This document shows positions 10,664-21,303 of a stretch of DNA of 64,000 bases, one piece after another (position 1 is the first letter of the stretch; each line of letters opens with the position of its first letter). The translations under genes and the position numbers were made by a program. This DNA is from Alphaproteobacteria bacterium (GTDB lineage: Bacteria; Pseudomonadota; Alphaproteobacteria; MPNO01; UBA830): positions 1 to 64,000 of the forward strand of contig OZ219790.1 in assembly GCA_964291215.2 (NCBI GenBank). Direction: 5' to 3'. The notes under the pieces are model-generated. The model saw only the letters and a program-made list of their open reading frames with translations. It was not told the DNA's origin and searched no databases.

Positions 10664-11223
10664 GCGTCGTCCCTGTGGTGCGGCCGCAGCGGCCTGAGGC
10701 CCCTGCGCCAGCTGCCGAGCAGCAGGATGACACCGATTCCGGCCGTGAATATCACGGTGACCTCGCCCAGCGTATCATAACCGCGGTAGGTGGCGAGTAC
10801 CGCGGTGACGACATTGGGGATCCCGGTATCCTGCTTCGTGTTTTGCAGATAGTAGGGTGCGACATGCTGTTGCGCCGGCGCTTCCGGATCGCCGAAGCGC
10901 GCCATGTCCAGCGTGCCATAAATCAGCACTGCGCCAGTGACGATGACGACGAAGAGCGGCAGGAACGGGCGATGCGCCGGCGGTTTCTCGGTCTGCGTCG
11001 TAAGCGCCACCGTGCCGACGAACAGGATTGTTGATATGCCGGCCCCGACGGCAGCCTCGGTGAACGCGACATCGACGGCGTCGAGCACGACGAATATCGC
11101 CGCCGCAAGCAGGCTGTAGATGCCTCCCAGCATGACGACCGCCAGCAGGTTCCGCAGCACCACGATACCGAACACCGTTGCTGCCATGAAGGCGAGAAGC
11201 GTGAACCCGACCGCCTGATCCAT
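10660..11223 (-). CDS. DUF4040/MnhB-related antiporter subunit
   Basis: DAVDVAFTEAAVGAG, PNVVTAVLATYRGYDTLGE. Confidence 0.85.
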   Translation of the reverse strand: MDQAVGFTLLAFMAATVFGIVVLRNLLAVVMLGGIYSLLAAAIFVVLDAVDVAFTEAAVGAGISTILFVGTVALTTQTEKPPAHRPFLPLFVVIVTGAVLIYGTLDMARFGDPEAPAQQHVAPYYLQNTKQDTGIPNVVTAVLATYRGYDTLGEVTVIFTAGIGVILLLGSWRRGLRPLRPHHRDDA

Positions 11224-11567
11224 CAGTCCCTGGTCCCGTCCGCATCTGTCCGCTCGTCCGGGGCGTCGTCCAGGACCGGCTGTAGGCCGCTCGCCCAAGC
11301 GGTGTGGTTGAGCGCGTACGACGATGTCGGGCTGGTGAACAGCAGGAACAACAGGATCAGCCCGAGCTTGACGGTGACCAGCGTCAGTCCCGACTGGATC
11401 GCCAGCCCGGCAATGATCAGAAGTGCGCCGAGCGTGTCGGTGATGCCAGCTGCATGACTTCTCGTGTAGACATCGGGCATGCGGAGGACACCGATGCCGC
11501 CGGTGAGCACGAAGAAGGAGCCCGAGAGAAGCAGAATCCAGGAGGCGATGTCGGCGATGACGGGCAT
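11223..11567 (-). CDS. mnhG: Mrp/Mnh antiporter subunit G
   Basis: RMPDVYTRSHAAGITDTLG. Confidence 0.9.
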   Translation of the reverse strand: MPVIADIASWILLLSGSFFVLTGGIGVLRMPDVYTRSHAAGITDTLGALLIIAGLAIQSGLTLVTVKLGLILLFLLFTSPTSSYALNHTAWASGLQPVLDDAPDERTDADGTRD

Positions 11568-11875
11568 CAGCCTGCCTCCCCCTTGCCGCTGGACGCGTCC
11601 TCGGCTTCCTCGCCGGGGCCGATCGCCAGAGAGCCGTACTTGAAGTACTTGAGGAGCGCGATGACGGCGATGAAGTTGATCAACGCGTAGGCGAGCGCGA
11701 TGTCCATAAATTCCGGCCGTCCCATCAGGAAGCCGATGACCGCGATGATCAGCACCGTCTTGGTCCCGAACATGTTGACCGCGAGAATGCGGTCGAAGAG
11801 CGTTGGTCCCATGAACGCCCGCGCCAGCGCCAGCGCCATCGTCACGAGGATGGCAATTGCCGTTGCCGTAAACAT
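11567..11875 (-). CDS. mnhF: Mrp/Mnh antiporter subunit F
   Basis: GPTLFDRILAVNMFG, DIALAYALINF. Confidence 0.9.
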   Translation of the reverse strand: MFTATAIAILVTMALALARAFMGPTLFDRILAVNMFGTKTVLIIAVIGFLMGRPEFMDIALAYALINFIAVIALLKYFKYGSLAIGPGEEAEDASSGKGEAG

Positions 11876-12372
11876 CAGCCGGCGGTTCCGTCCGTTGCCG
11901 TGCCCGCCATCGCTGTGACCCGCCGGTCCATTTCGCCGTTCATCAGCGACTCGGCACCCTCGCAGCTGAGCGCGTGCACCAGGATGCGTCCCTCGGGCTC
12001 GACATCGATCGAGATCGTTCCCGGGGTCAGGGTGATCGAGTTGGCGAAGATCACGAGGCCAAGATCGGATTTTTGGCTCGCATTGATCTCGACCATGGTC
12101 GGGCTGATGCCGGCTGAGGGGAGGAGGACGCGCCGGGTCACGTCGATATTGGCCTTGACGATCTCCCACAGCAGCCAGGGCCAGTAGCTGAGCGCGCCCA
12201 GCGTGAGATGGACCGGCACAGTTTCGTGGTCGACCACGTCCATGCGCATGGCGATGGCCACCACGCCTGCGCATGAGAGGATACCGAAGATCAGGATCAG
12301 GGGATCCAGTATTCCGGACATGAGGAGCCAGGTGGCGAACAGGATCAGGCCGAGTGACAGCGCATGTACCAA
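11875..12372 (-). CDS. mnhE: Mrp/Mnh antiporter subunit E
   Basis: [19 protein letters not shown]; start approximate. Confidence 0.88.
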   Translation of the reverse strand: MVHALSLGLILFATWLLMSGILDPLILIFGILSCAGVVAIAMRMDVVDHETVPVHLTLGALSYWPWLLWEIVKANIDVTRRVLLPSAGISPTMVEINASQKSDLGLVIFANSITLTPGTISIDVEPEGRILVHALSCEGAESLMNGEMDRRVTAMAGTATDGTAG

Positions 12373-12508
12373 TCCGGGACCTCGTCGTGTATTTCCGCCA
12401 GAAGGGGGCAGCTTGCCCGTGTGCGGCCGCATCCCTGCCGGAGAGCGTCCGGCGCACCACGAGTGTAGCTGCGCGACTCGGCCATTTCAATCGTCCCGAG
12501 GCAAACAC

Positions 12509-12702
12509 CAGGACTTTCCCACGCTGCATTCGATCTTGCCGACTGCTGATGGAGGGAGGCTGCCCAGGCCCAAGCCTGTCGGGTTTTCTGGCCGCGGGGC
12601 CGTCCACGGGTCGCCGCAGCCGAAAAACCTGGCAAGAATGCGGAAATTTGTGCCCCGTTCAGCGGTCATTCAAAACACCAACCACAGCGTGGGAAAGTCC
12701 TG
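12509..12702. mobile_element. MITE (194 bp), ISAs1-related, complete
   Basis: Perfect 18-bp TIRs CAGGACTTTCCCACGCTG / CAGCGTGGGAAAGTCCTG; 9-bp TSD GGCAAACAC at 12500-12508 and 12703-12711. Confidence 0.92.
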
Positions 12703-12856
12703 GGCAAACACAGGAATGGCAGCCCGATCTGACTGCTGCCGGGAAGGCGCCCGTCAGGTTCCTGCGGCGACCTTGCTTGCCGCTGTATTTTTTGTTGGCG
12801 AACGATGGCCGGTTGGTGGTATGGTTGAAGCTGTTTTCACCTGTGGAGTACGAACG

Positions 12857-13453
12857 TTGAGTGACAGCACGCCAGATTCAAGGGACGGACCGCTAGGAGC
12901 TGTGCGGCTTAGCGGAACTGTTAAGTGGTTTAACACCGTCCGCGGCTACGGTTTCGTGTCCCCCGACGAAGGAGGAAACGATGTTTTCCTCCATGTAACG
13001 GTGTTGCGCCAGGCGGGTTACGAGCAGATTCTTCCGGGTTCAAGGATTGAATGTACAGCAGTTCCGGGCGACAAGGGACTGCAATGCACGTCGGTCGAAA
13101 GCGTTGACATGTCCACTGCCACCGAGGAGTACGCTCCTGCGGCGCCACGCCGCCCCGGCGATGATTGGGGTGGTTACGGGGGCTATGGCGAGCAGCACGA
13201 CCATGGGGGCTACGGCAGCCCCGGCGACCAGGGCGGCGACTATATCGCGGCAACCGTGAAGTGGTTCAATCCCAACAAGGGGTATGGCTTTGTTTGCCCC
13301 GAAGGCGTGGAAGAAGACGCATTCATCCACATGGTCACGCTGCGCCGCGCCGGGATGGGCGATCTTCTCGCAGGCGAGGTGGTTGATGTCAGGATCAACC
13401 GCGAGCCGAAAGGCTATCAGGTTACAGAAGTGCGCAAGCGTCACGGCACCTGA
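12857..13453 (+). CDS. Tandem cold-shock domain protein
   Basis: Two CSDs (GTVKWFN..GYGF..DVFLH; TVKWFN..KGYGF..DAFIH) with a Gly/Tyr-rich linker; TTG start after GGAG. Confidence 0.9.
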   Translation: MSDSTPDSRDGPLGAVRLSGTVKWFNTVRGYGFVSPDEGGNDVFLHVTVLRQAGYEQILPGSRIECTAVPGDKGLQCTSVESVDMSTATEEYAPAAPRRPGDDWGGYGGYGEQHDHGGYGSPGDQGGDYIAATVKWFNPNKGYGFVCPEGVEEDAFIHMVTLRRAGMGDLLAGEVVDVRINREPKGYQVTEVRKRHGT

Positions 13454-13494
13454 ACTTCCGTAACCCGCCGCCACGCCCGGGCGGCGGCGGACGA

Positions 13495-14436
13495 TCAGCG
13501 GAGTTCGACCGCGTACTGTTCCACGGGGACGGTCCTGTCGATCAGATTCTGGGACAGCAGGAACGCGGCGAAGTCGCGGTATCGCGTCTTGTCGAGGGCG
13601 CCGGGCCTGAGAGCAAAGCGCGGCAGGGTATCGTGCCACGCCCGCTGATTGAGTTCATCATCGAGCTTCGGGCGTCCCGCGATAAAGAGCTTCCAGCCTT
13701 CGCCCGGGTGATTTACCATATACTGGACGCCGCGTTCGATGGCGCGTACGAATGATTTCAGGCCCGGCTTGGCGATGTTGCGGTTATTGGCCACCACGAT
13801 CAGTTCGTCGTAGGGCGGCACGCCTTCTTCCTCGACATAAAACGCACGTCCCGGTTTGCCAAGTATATCAAGCTGATTGAGTTCGAAATTGCGGTAGGCG
13901 CCGATGACCGCGTCAACCTTTCCCGACACCAGCGCTGGCGACAGGGCAAAGTTCACGTTGACGAGCGTGATGTCGTCGAGCGTGAGGCCGTGCCGACCAA
14001 GCATCGCCCGCAACATCGCGTCCTCGAAGCCACCCACCGAGAACCCGACGGTCCGGCCCCTGAGATCCGCAATCGAGCGGATGGGGCCGTCACGCAGCGC
14101 GACCAGCGAATTGAGCGGCGTTGCCACCAGCGTCGCAATGCGGATCAGAGGAAGGCCGCTGGCGATCTGCAGATGGAGTTGCGGCTGGTAGGATATCGCC
14201 AGATCAGCCTTGCCTGCGGCGACCAGCTTCGGCGGATCGTTGGGATCGGCGGGCGCCTTGAAATCGACCTCGAGCCCGGCCTCGCGGAAATATCCCCGTT
14301 CGAGGGCGACATAGAGCGGCCCGTGATCCGGATTGACAAACCAGTCGAGCAGCACGGTGAATTTTTGGGCGGCGTCGGCCCTGGCGGAGAACGAAAGTGC
14401 AAGCAGGATGGCAGCAAGGATGGCGGCAAGTCTCAT
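13495..14436 (-). CDS. ABC substrate-binding protein, NMT1/THI5 (ThiY-like)
   Basis: LLDWFVNPDH, signal peptide, operon under a TPP riboswitch. Confidence 0.88.
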   Translation of the reverse strand: MRLAAILAAILLALSFSARADAAQKFTVLLDWFVNPDHGPLYVALERGYFREAGLEVDFKAPADPNDPPKLVAAGKADLAISYQPQLHLQIASGLPLIRIATLVATPLNSLVALRDGPIRSIADLRGRTVGFSVGGFEDAMLRAMLGRHGLTLDDITLVNVNFALSPALVSGKVDAVIGAYRNFELNQLDILGKPGRAFYVEEEGVPPYDELIVVANNRNIAKPGLKSFVRAIERGVQYMVNHPGEGWKLFIAGRPKLDDELNQRAWHDTLPRFALRPGALDKTRYRDFAAFLLSQNLIDRTVPVEQYAVELR

Positions 14437-15200
14437 CGCGAGATCTCCCTGTTGTCAGTTGGCAGCCAAGGCGTCATGCGCGCCGCGGCGAAGTCGATGA
14501 AGAAAAAGAGCGCACAACCCAGCACTGCGAGCACGAAGAGCGCGGCAAACATCAGGTCGGCCTGGACACGCGCATTGGCGTGGAGCATCAGGTAGCCGAG
14601 CCCTGCGCTTGATCCCACCCATTCGCCAACTACCGCGCCGATCGGCGCGACGGCAGCGGCGACCCTGAGGCCGGATCCGAGAGACGGCAGCGCAGCGGGC
14701 ACGCGGATCCTGAGGAGTTCAGCCCTGCGCGGGGCGTTCATCACGCGACAGAGATCGATCCATCCCGACTCGACGCGCTGCAGCCCGTCATGAAAGGCCG
14801 CAGTGACCGGGAAATAGATAATCAGCACGGCCATCGCTATCTTGGATTCCAGCCCGTAGCCGAGCCATAGCGTGAGGATCGGGGCCAGCGCAAAGACCGG
14901 GATGGCCTGGCTGACGACGAGAACAGGTAGCAGCCACCGGCGAGCCGGGCGGAACAGGACCATGGTCAGCGCGCTCGCTCCGCCGAAGGCGACGCCGATG
15001 GCAAATCCCGCGACGATCTCGACCAGAGTGACGCCGGCATGCCCTGCGATCAGCCTGAACTCCGATTGGAGTGCGGCAAGCACCGCAGGCGGAGCGGGGA
15101 GGATGTAGGGTGGCACGGCGGTCAGCAGGACAATCGCCTGCCAGAGAAGGAGCAGGCCTGCGAAAATCACCAGCGGGCGGATCCAGTTCGCCAGGTTCAT
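14433..15200 (-). CDS. ABC permease (ThiX-like)
   Basis: SQAIPVFALAP, GAVVGEWVG. Confidence 0.88.
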   Translation of the reverse strand: MNLANWIRPLVIFAGLLLLWQAIVLLTAVPPYILPAPPAVLAALQSEFRLIAGHAGVTLVEIVAGFAIGVAFGGASALTMVLFRPARRWLLPVLVVSQAIPVFALAPILTLWLGYGLESKIAMAVLIIYFPVTAAFHDGLQRVESGWIDLCRVMNAPRRAELLRIRVPAALPSLGSGLRVAAAVAPIGAVVGEWVGSSAGLGYLMLHANARVQADLMFAALFVLAVLGCALFFFIDFAAARMTPWLPTDNREISR

Positions 15201-15979
15201 CCCGGAGCCTCTCCGCCGCCACCGGCCAGGCGCTCAAGGAGCGCGGCATGCAGCGCGATCAACGCGGGGTCTCCGGGCGCGCGCGGGGCGTCTCCTGGTG
15301 GCGAGATCGCCTCGCGGATTGCCGCCGGCCTTCCGGTCATGACGTGCACGTGATGTCCGAGCCGCAAGGCCTCAAGGGGGTCGTGGGTAACCAGGAGCAC
15401 GGTGCGTTCTCCGAGGAATTCGGCAGCAAGGTCCTGGAGCGTCAGGCGCGTGATCGCGTCGAGAGCCGAGAAGGGCTCGTCCATGAGCACGATCGGACGG
15501 TCCTCGACCAGCGTGCGGACCACTGCCGCGCGCTGGCGCATGCCGCCGGAACAGGCGCCGGGGTGGCTGTCGGCATAGGCCTCGAGGCCGACGCGGGCAA
15601 GCAGGAGGCGGGCCCGTTCGGTATCGGCCGGGGTGAGTTCGCCGCGAAGCCGCCGGCCAAGCACCGCGTTCTCGACGAGGGTCAGCCACGGTAGCAGCAG
15701 ATCCTGCTGAGCCATGTAGGCGACGCGGCCTGCCACCGCGCCGCCGTCGCTGCACCGGACCGACCCGGATGCGGTACCCTCGAGGCCGGCTATCAGGCGG
15801 AGGAGCGTCGTTTTGCCGACGCCGCTCGGGCCGAGCAGGCAACTCCATGAGCCGGCAGGCAGACGCAGGGAAAGCGAGTCGAACAGGAGAAGGCCGTCAT
15901 GATCCATCCGTGCGCCGGCAAGCTCGACCGAAGGCGGCGTGCTGGAGCTCCTCGTGGCCTCAAGATTTCGGTTCTGCAT
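15197..15979 (-). CDS. ABC ATPase (ThiZ-like)
   Basis: GPSGVGKTT, SGGMRQR, MDEPFSALD. Confidence 0.9.
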   Translation of the reverse strand: MQNRNLEATRSSSTPPSVELAGARMDHDGLLLFDSLSLRLPAGSWSCLLGPSGVGKTTLLRLIAGLEGTASGSVRCSDGGAVAGRVAYMAQQDLLLPWLTLVENAVLGRRLRGELTPADTERARLLLARVGLEAYADSHPGACSGGMRQRAAVVRTLVEDRPIVLMDEPFSALDAITRLTLQDLAAEFLGERTVLLVTHDPLEALRLGHHVHVMTGRPAAIREAISPPGDAPRAPGDPALIALHAALLERLAGGGGEAPG

Positions 15980-15985
15980 CCCGTG

Positions 15986-16076
15986 CACTGGTCCCTTCGC
16001 CGGCATGATCCGGAGCAGGTTCGAGGGGTCGCCCCGTTCGGGACCTCTCAGCCGGACAATCCGACTCCCCCCAGTG
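15986..16076 (-). ncRNA. TPP riboswitch
   Basis: Minus strand CACTGGGGGAG...GGCTGAGA...GACCC..GAACCTG..CCGG.TCATGCCGGCGAAGGGA CCAGTG, with P1 pairing CACTGG/CCAGTG. Confidence 0.92.
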
Positions 16077-16362
16077 ATGTAACCATCATACCACAATCCG
16101 GAGCGGGAGAAAGACCGGCGGCGGACCGCGCACGACGATCCCACGCTGCTAATCCAGCGGCGACCGGCGAGATTTTTCGGTCTGCGTCGCGCTGCAATCG
16201 TGCCGCCAAGGCTCAATGAGACCTTCTCGGCGCGAAAAATTGCGATCAAGGAGCGATCCGTGATGACGCGAGCCCCAACACATTCGGATTTCGCGTCTCG
16301 GAATCAGCATGGGATCATCGTGCGGACCGCGACATCCGCGGCCGGCATTGTATATTCGGGCG

Positions 16363-16869
16363 ATGAGACGTTCGCGCTTCAGAACAGTAGCGCTGCCCGC
16401 GGCGCTGCTCGCCACGGTGCTGGCCGCCGGGGCCGGGTTCCCGGCGGCGACGGAGGGCCAGACCCGGCGGCCGCTGGTCACGTTCGAGAAGAGCCGGATC
16501 ACGGTCCTCTCCGGCGGTCGCTCGCACGCCTTTCGGGTCGAACTGGCGCAGACCCCCCGCCAGCATGCGCAGGGGCTGATGTATCGTCGGCACATGGCGG
16601 CCGATGCCGGCATGCTCTTCATCCATCGCCGACCGGCGCCGCGGTCGATGTGGATGAAGAACACCTACATTCCGCTCGACATGCTGTTTCTGGGAACGGA
16701 CGGCACGATTCTCGGGATCGCCGAACGGACGGTGCCGCTCTCGACAAGGGTCATACGGTCGGGCATGCCGGCGACCGCGGTCCTCGAACTCAATGCCGGC
16801 ACGGTGGCACGGCTCGGGCTGCGCGAAGGTGATCGTGTGCTGTCGCCGGATCTGCCCGGAGCCCGCTGA
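16363..16869 (+). CDS. DUF192 family protein
   Basis: VELAQTP..QGLMYR, MWMKNTYIPLDMLF, VLELNAG. Confidence 0.9.
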   Translation: MRRSRFRTVALPAALLATVLAAGAGFPAATEGQTRRPLVTFEKSRITVLSGGRSHAFRVELAQTPRQHAQGLMYRRHMAADAGMLFIHRRPAPRSMWMKNTYIPLDMLFLGTDGTILGIAERTVPLSTRVIRSGMPATAVLELNAGTVARLGLREGDRVLSPDLPGAR

Positions 16870-16908
16870 GCATGGTCGGCTGGTCGAGGGGCCCCCGAAG
16901 CCGCAGAA

Positions 16909-17709
16909 TCAACGGTCCTTCGGTGACCACCAGACCGGTCTGCGCTTTTCCAGGAACGCCGATATTCCCTCCTGCGCGGCCCCGGAAAACCTTGCCTCGA
17001 CATTGAATTCGAGGCCGCGGGCAAAGGAGTCCTCGTCCGCAGCGGCACCAAGGGCGTGGACCAGGCGCCCGGTGGCGGCAATCGCGTCTGGCGATGCCTG
17101 GAGGGCGAGATCGACATGTGCCGCGACCCGGGCCTCGAGTTCGTCGTCGCCGGTCACTATCTCGTGCACGAGGTTGGCCTTGAGCGCGGTGTCCGCGTCG
17201 AACACGATCGCCGATTTTGCAAGATAGCGGAGCCAGTGGGGACCGATGCGGGGCAACAGGAGCGCTGCGATCAGCCCCGGCGCAAGTCCGACCCGGACTT
17301 CGGAGATGCAGAACCGGGTCTCGCACTCGGCAATCACGATGTCCGACGAAGCGACAATGCCCATGGCGCCGGCGAACACGGCGCCGTGGACGCGTGCGAT
17401 GACGAGCTTCGGGCAGCCGTCGATTGCCCGGTACATCTCCATCAGCTCGCGCGATTCGGCGGTAACCTCTTCTTCGCTCTTGTCGAAGACGTCGCGCATC
17501 CAGTTGAGGTCGCCGCCGGCGCAAAACACCGGGCCGTTGCCTTCGATGACGACGATCCGGATCACGTCGTCGGTTGCAGCGGACTCGAAGGCGGAACGAA
17601 TTTCCGCGATCATCTCCGGGTTCATCGCGTTGCGGAACTCGGGCCGGTTCAGTGCGACCCGCATGACTGCGCCGGAGCGGTCGATGGCAATGGTGCCGGG
17701 TTCAGTCAT
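16909..17709 (-). CDS. Enoyl-CoA hydratase/isomerase family
   Basis: LNRPEFRNAM, FCAGGDL, ISEVRVGL. Confidence 0.88.
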   Translation of the reverse strand: MTEPGTIAIDRSGAVMRVALNRPEFRNAMNPEMIAEIRSAFESAATDDVIRIVVIEGNGPVFCAGGDLNWMRDVFDKSEEEVTAESRELMEMYRAIDGCPKLVIARVHGAVFAGAMGIVASSDIVIAECETRFCISEVRVGLAPGLIAALLLPRIGPHWLRYLAKSAIVFDADTALKANLVHEIVTGDDELEARVAAHVDLALQASPDAIAATGRLVHALGAAADEDSFARGLEFNVEARFSGAAQEGISAFLEKRRPVWWSPKDR

Positions 17710-20071
17710 CTGGTCCTCCTCCGCCGGCTCTTGCGATGGCATTGCGGACGCGGCGCGGGCTGAGCGGAGTCTCGCAGATCCCGGCGTCGATGCCGCCGGA
17801 GAGGAGGGCATCCCGGACGGCATTGGCTATGGCGGCCGGCGGTGCGATCGCGCCGCCTTCTCCCATCCCCTTCATCCCGTACTCGGTACCGAGCGCGGGC
17901 GTCACCATGTGAGCAAGGCGGAAGCGGGGGAGGGTGGTCGAGCCCGGAAGATGGTAGTCCGCAAACGTGGTCGCGAGCGGTTGTCCGTTGTCGTCGAACG
18001 GTATTTCCTCGAACATTGCGGTGCCCACGCCCTGAGCCACGCCGCCACAGATCTGGCCATCAACGATCATCGGGTTGACGACGGTTCCGCAGTCCTCGGC
18101 GACCGCGTAGTCGCGGATCTCCACCTCCCCGGTGTCAGGGTCGACCGCAACGACCGCCGCATGGGTGGCGTAGGAAAACACCCCGGACGTGATTTCCGGC
18201 TCGTAGACCCCGGTCTCCTCAAGCGTCGGCAGCATGCCGTCCGGTAGCAGGTCCTGACGGATATGGGCGGCGCGGGCGATCTCGGCAATGCTCACCGAGG
18301 CCTCGCCGCCGAACACGGCTTGGTCGCGCAGCACGACCTTCGCCTCGTCGAGCTGCAGGAGGTGCGCGCCGATGCGCAGTATGCGCTGCGCAAGCGCCCG
18401 GCAGGCCTTCGCGGCAGCGCCGCCGGCCATGACCATGGATCGCGAGGCAAAGGTTCCATTGCCGTAAGGCGATATGCCGGTATCACCGTAGCGCACCGAC
18501 ACCTTGTCGATGCTCAGGCCGAGCTCTTCGCACGCCACCTGGGCGAGGCTTGTTTCCATCCCTTGCCCGTGGCTGTGGATGGCGACAAGGAGTTCAACCG
18601 TGCCGTCGGCATGCATGCGGGCCGTCGCGCTCTCGAAAGCGGGCACCACGGGGGTGCCGCGGAGCTTCCATTCCTGGGTGCCGTGCGCGGTCTGCTCCGA
18701 GAAGCTGGCGAAGCCGATACCGACGAGTCGACCGTCTTCATCGGCGGCGGCCCGGGTCTCGCGCACCTCGCCCATGCTGACCGCCGCGGCTGCCTTTTCG
18801 AGGCTGGTCGGATAATCGCCGTTGTCAAAACGCATCCCGCCAATGCTCGTGTATGGCATCTGATCGGGCCTCACCATGTTCTCGCGCCGGACCTCGTAGG
18901 GGTCGCGGCCGGCGGCGCGGGCGATCTCGTCGAGCATGCGCTCGACGGCGAAACACGCACCGGGGCGGGCAACGCCCCGATAGGGGCCGAGCGGCGGCTT
19001 GTTGGTCGCCACGGTCCAGGTATCGACCCTGAGGGCGGGCACCTGGTAGGGGCCGGGAAGGTTGCGCGCCGCCATGCCGGTTTCCATGAACGGACCCGAA
19101 GGCCAGATCGAATAGGCTCCTGCATCGACGATCAACTCGCCTTCGAGGCCGAGCAGACGGCCGTCCGGGGCGGCATGGGCGGTCAGGCGGTACCAGTGCT
19201 CGCGCGCCTGGTTGTTGGTGGTGATGTTCTCGCGGCGATCCTCGATCCAGCGCACCGAACGCCCGGTCCGCAGCGCCGCGGCGCAGACCATGATTTCCTC
19301 GGGCATCAGCCGGTTCTTCGAGCCGAACCCGCCCCCGACATCCGGAGAGACCACCCTGAGGCTGCGCTCCGGAATGCCCAGGCTCTCCGCGAGTCCCACA
19401 CGCATGACGTGAGGCCCCTGCGTTGAAAGGTAAAGCACAAGCTCGTCGCGGCGGTCGTCACGCACGGCCAGCGCCGCTCGGCACTCGAGTGGAACCGCGC
19501 CATGACGGCTGAGACGGAATTCCCTGGTGACCGAGATCGCGGCTTCGGCACGGGCTGCCGCCATGTCGCCGCCCTCAATGAGCTGCTCGACATAGACGTT
19601 GTCGCGCCATGCCTCGTGAAGCAGGATATCCTTTCGCTTCGCTGCCTCGCGGCTGTCGATGATGGGGGCGAGTGCCGCGATGTCGAGATTGACCTCCTGG
19701 GCGATGTCTTCGGCCTCGGCGCGGCTTGGCGCCAGGCAGATGCCGATCGGCTGGCCGACATAACGGACCTTCCCGGTGGCGAATACGGGGAAATCGGAGG
19801 CCTTGAAGCCGGGTACGCGCGGGGCCGCACGGATCGGCCGCAAATCGGGGAAGTCGGAAGCCTGAAAAACGCTGCGCCCGGGGGCAAGCCTGCCCGGAGT
19901 GACGCCATCGAGGCGTCCATGGGCGACGGGACTCCTGAGAATCGCCGCCTCGAGGACGTTGTCGACAGGCAGGTCGGCGACGAATCGTCCTTTTCCCGCC
20001 AGATGGCGCGCGTCCTCCTTGCGAAGCGGGGAGGCGCCGACGCCATGAGGGCTGTGCGGCTCTCGGTCCAT
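17702..20071 (-). CDS. Xanthine dehydrogenase family molybdopterin-binding (CoxL-like) subunit
   Basis: DVGGGFGSK, HGQGMET, GQICGGVAQG, KGMGEGG; active-site loop PYRGVARP. Confidence 0.9.
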   Translation of the reverse strand: MDREPHSPHGVGASPLRKEDARHLAGKGRFVADLPVDNVLEAAILRSPVAHGRLDGVTPGRLAPGRSVFQASDFPDLRPIRAAPRVPGFKASDFPVFATGKVRYVGQPIGICLAPSRAEAEDIAQEVNLDIAALAPIIDSREAAKRKDILLHEAWRDNVYVEQLIEGGDMAAARAEAAISVTREFRLSRHGAVPLECRAALAVRDDRRDELVLYLSTQGPHVMRVGLAESLGIPERSLRVVSPDVGGGFGSKNRLMPEEIMVCAAALRTGRSVRWIEDRRENITTNNQAREHWYRLTAHAAPDGRLLGLEGELIVDAGAYSIWPSGPFMETGMAARNLPGPYQVPALRVDTWTVATNKPPLGPYRGVARPGACFAVERMLDEIARAAGRDPYEVRRENMVRPDQMPYTSIGGMRFDNGDYPTSLEKAAAAVSMGEVRETRAAADEDGRLVGIGFASFSEQTAHGTQEWKLRGTPVVPAFESATARMHADGTVELLVAIHSHGQGMETSLAQVACEELGLSIDKVSVRYGDTGISPYGNGTFASRSMVMAGGAAAKACRALAQRILRIGAHLLQLDEAKVVLRDQAVFGGEASVSIAEIARAAHIRQDLLPDGMLPTLEETGVYEPEITSGVFSYATHAAVVAVDPDTGEVEIRDYAVAEDCGTVVNPMIVDGQICGGVAQGVGTAMFEEIPFDDNGQPLATTFADYHLPGSTTLPRFRLAHMVTPALGTEYGMKGMGEGGAIAPPAAIANAVRDALLSGGIDAGICETPLSPRRVRNAIARAGGGGPDD

Positions 20072-21303
20072 CAGGTGACCGCTCTTGCCTGTTCCAGGCT
20101 GGTGTACATACCCGCATTCAGGCAATAGGCGCGATGACGGGCTGGATCCTCTGCCGTCCGGCGGACATCGTCGAGTTGCCTCTGTCGCACCGCCGGATTC
20201 CTTGCTTCCATCAATTTCTTGTTCGTGATCGATGTGGCCTGCACGCCGTCCATCTGGGCCTTGTGGCGCTGGCGGCTGTAGCGGTCGAGAAGCGCGTCGG
20301 ATGCGCCCGCCGAGACCGAGCCGAGGGCTTCGGCGAGGCCGATCGCGTCATGGATGCCCCCGTTCATTCCGAGGCCCCCGATCGGGTTGTTGACATGGGC
20401 GGCGTCGCCAGCGAGGAGGACCCGGCCCTTGCGGAAGGTTTCGGCCACGCGCTGATGTACATCGTAGATGCCGGCATAGATGATATTGTAGTCGCCGCTC
20501 TTGGGAAAGAACTTCTGCAGTCGGCCCTGAATGCTGCGTTCGCTGAGGCAGTCTTCCGGCGTTTCGTCGAGCCGGGTCGGAAACACGGTGCGCCAGATGC
20601 CCGGCGGGCCGTAACCATTGACCTTGAACAGGTTGCACCATTCTTCGGGATCGGAAAAGAAATTGCGGATGCACAGGGCCTGGCCAGCCGCCAGGAAGTC
20701 AAAATCCGATCCGATCTTCACAAATCGTTCCGGATAGGTGAAGCCGACGAATTCTATGCCGGCGGCGCGGCGGATTATCGAGCCGTAACCGTCGCACCCC
20801 ACCAGCCAGTCGGCGCAGAGCCTTGCCTCCTCCCCGTCCTCGTTGCGAAACAGTGCGGTCACCGAGTCTGCGTCCTGGTCCAGGCCCGTGACCTCGCAGG
20901 AAAAACGGAGCCGGACATCGGCGTCATCTGCGATCTTGCGGATGATCGTTTCCACGAGCTTGAACTGCTCGTACTGAATCACGAAGGGAAACTCCGTCAT
21001 GTCGGCGAGGACGGAGAAATCGAACTCGGCGACCAGTTCGCCGCTTACACGGTCGCGGTAATGAAAGGTGGGGGAGACCAGTCCCCTCTCACGGATCTCG
21101 TCGACGATGCCGAGCGCATGCAGCATTTCCAGCGACGACGGCTGGATGGCGGCCGCCCGCTGGTCCTCGATCGGCTCGCTCTCGCGCTCCAGCAGCGTCA
21201 CCCGCATTCCGCGATGCCGGAGCGCCAGCGCCAGAACCATGCCGACCGGGCCGCATCCGACGACGATGGCGTGGTCGGGTGGTATTCGTGCAGTGCCGTT
21301 CAT
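20071..21303 (-). CDS. FAD-dependent monooxygenase (MhpA/UbiH-like)
   Basis: VGCGPVG, GCDG, LAGDAAH..NPIGGLGMNGG. Confidence 0.9.
   Translation of the reverse strand: MNGTARIPPDHAIVVGCGPVGMVLALALRHRGMRVTLLERESEPIEDQRAAAIQPSSLEMLHALGIVDEIRERGLVSPTFHYRDRVSGELVAEFDFSVLADMTEFPFVIQYEQFKLVETIIRKIADDADVRLRFSCEVTGLDQDADSVTALFRNEDGEEARLCADWLVGCDGYGSIIRRAAGIEFVGFTYPERFVKIGSDFDFLAAGQALCIRNFFSDPEEWCNLFKVNGYGPPGIWRTVFPTRLDETPEDCLSERSIQGRLQKFFPKSGDYNIIYAGIYDVHQRVAETFRKGRVLLAGDAAHVNNPIGGLGMNGGIHDAIGLAEALGSVSAGASDALLDRYSRQRHKAQMDGVQATSITNKKLMEARNPAVRQRQLDDVRRTAEDPARHRAYCLNAGMYTSLEQARAVT

Noticed and set aside
12203-12856. Long N-terminal extension of the cold-shock protein
   Set aside because: The upstream open frame runs through the MITE and antisense mnhE; RBS supports a start at 12857
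17702-20071. Aerobic CO dehydrogenase
   Set aside because: Lacks AYxCSFR and adjacent coxM/coxS
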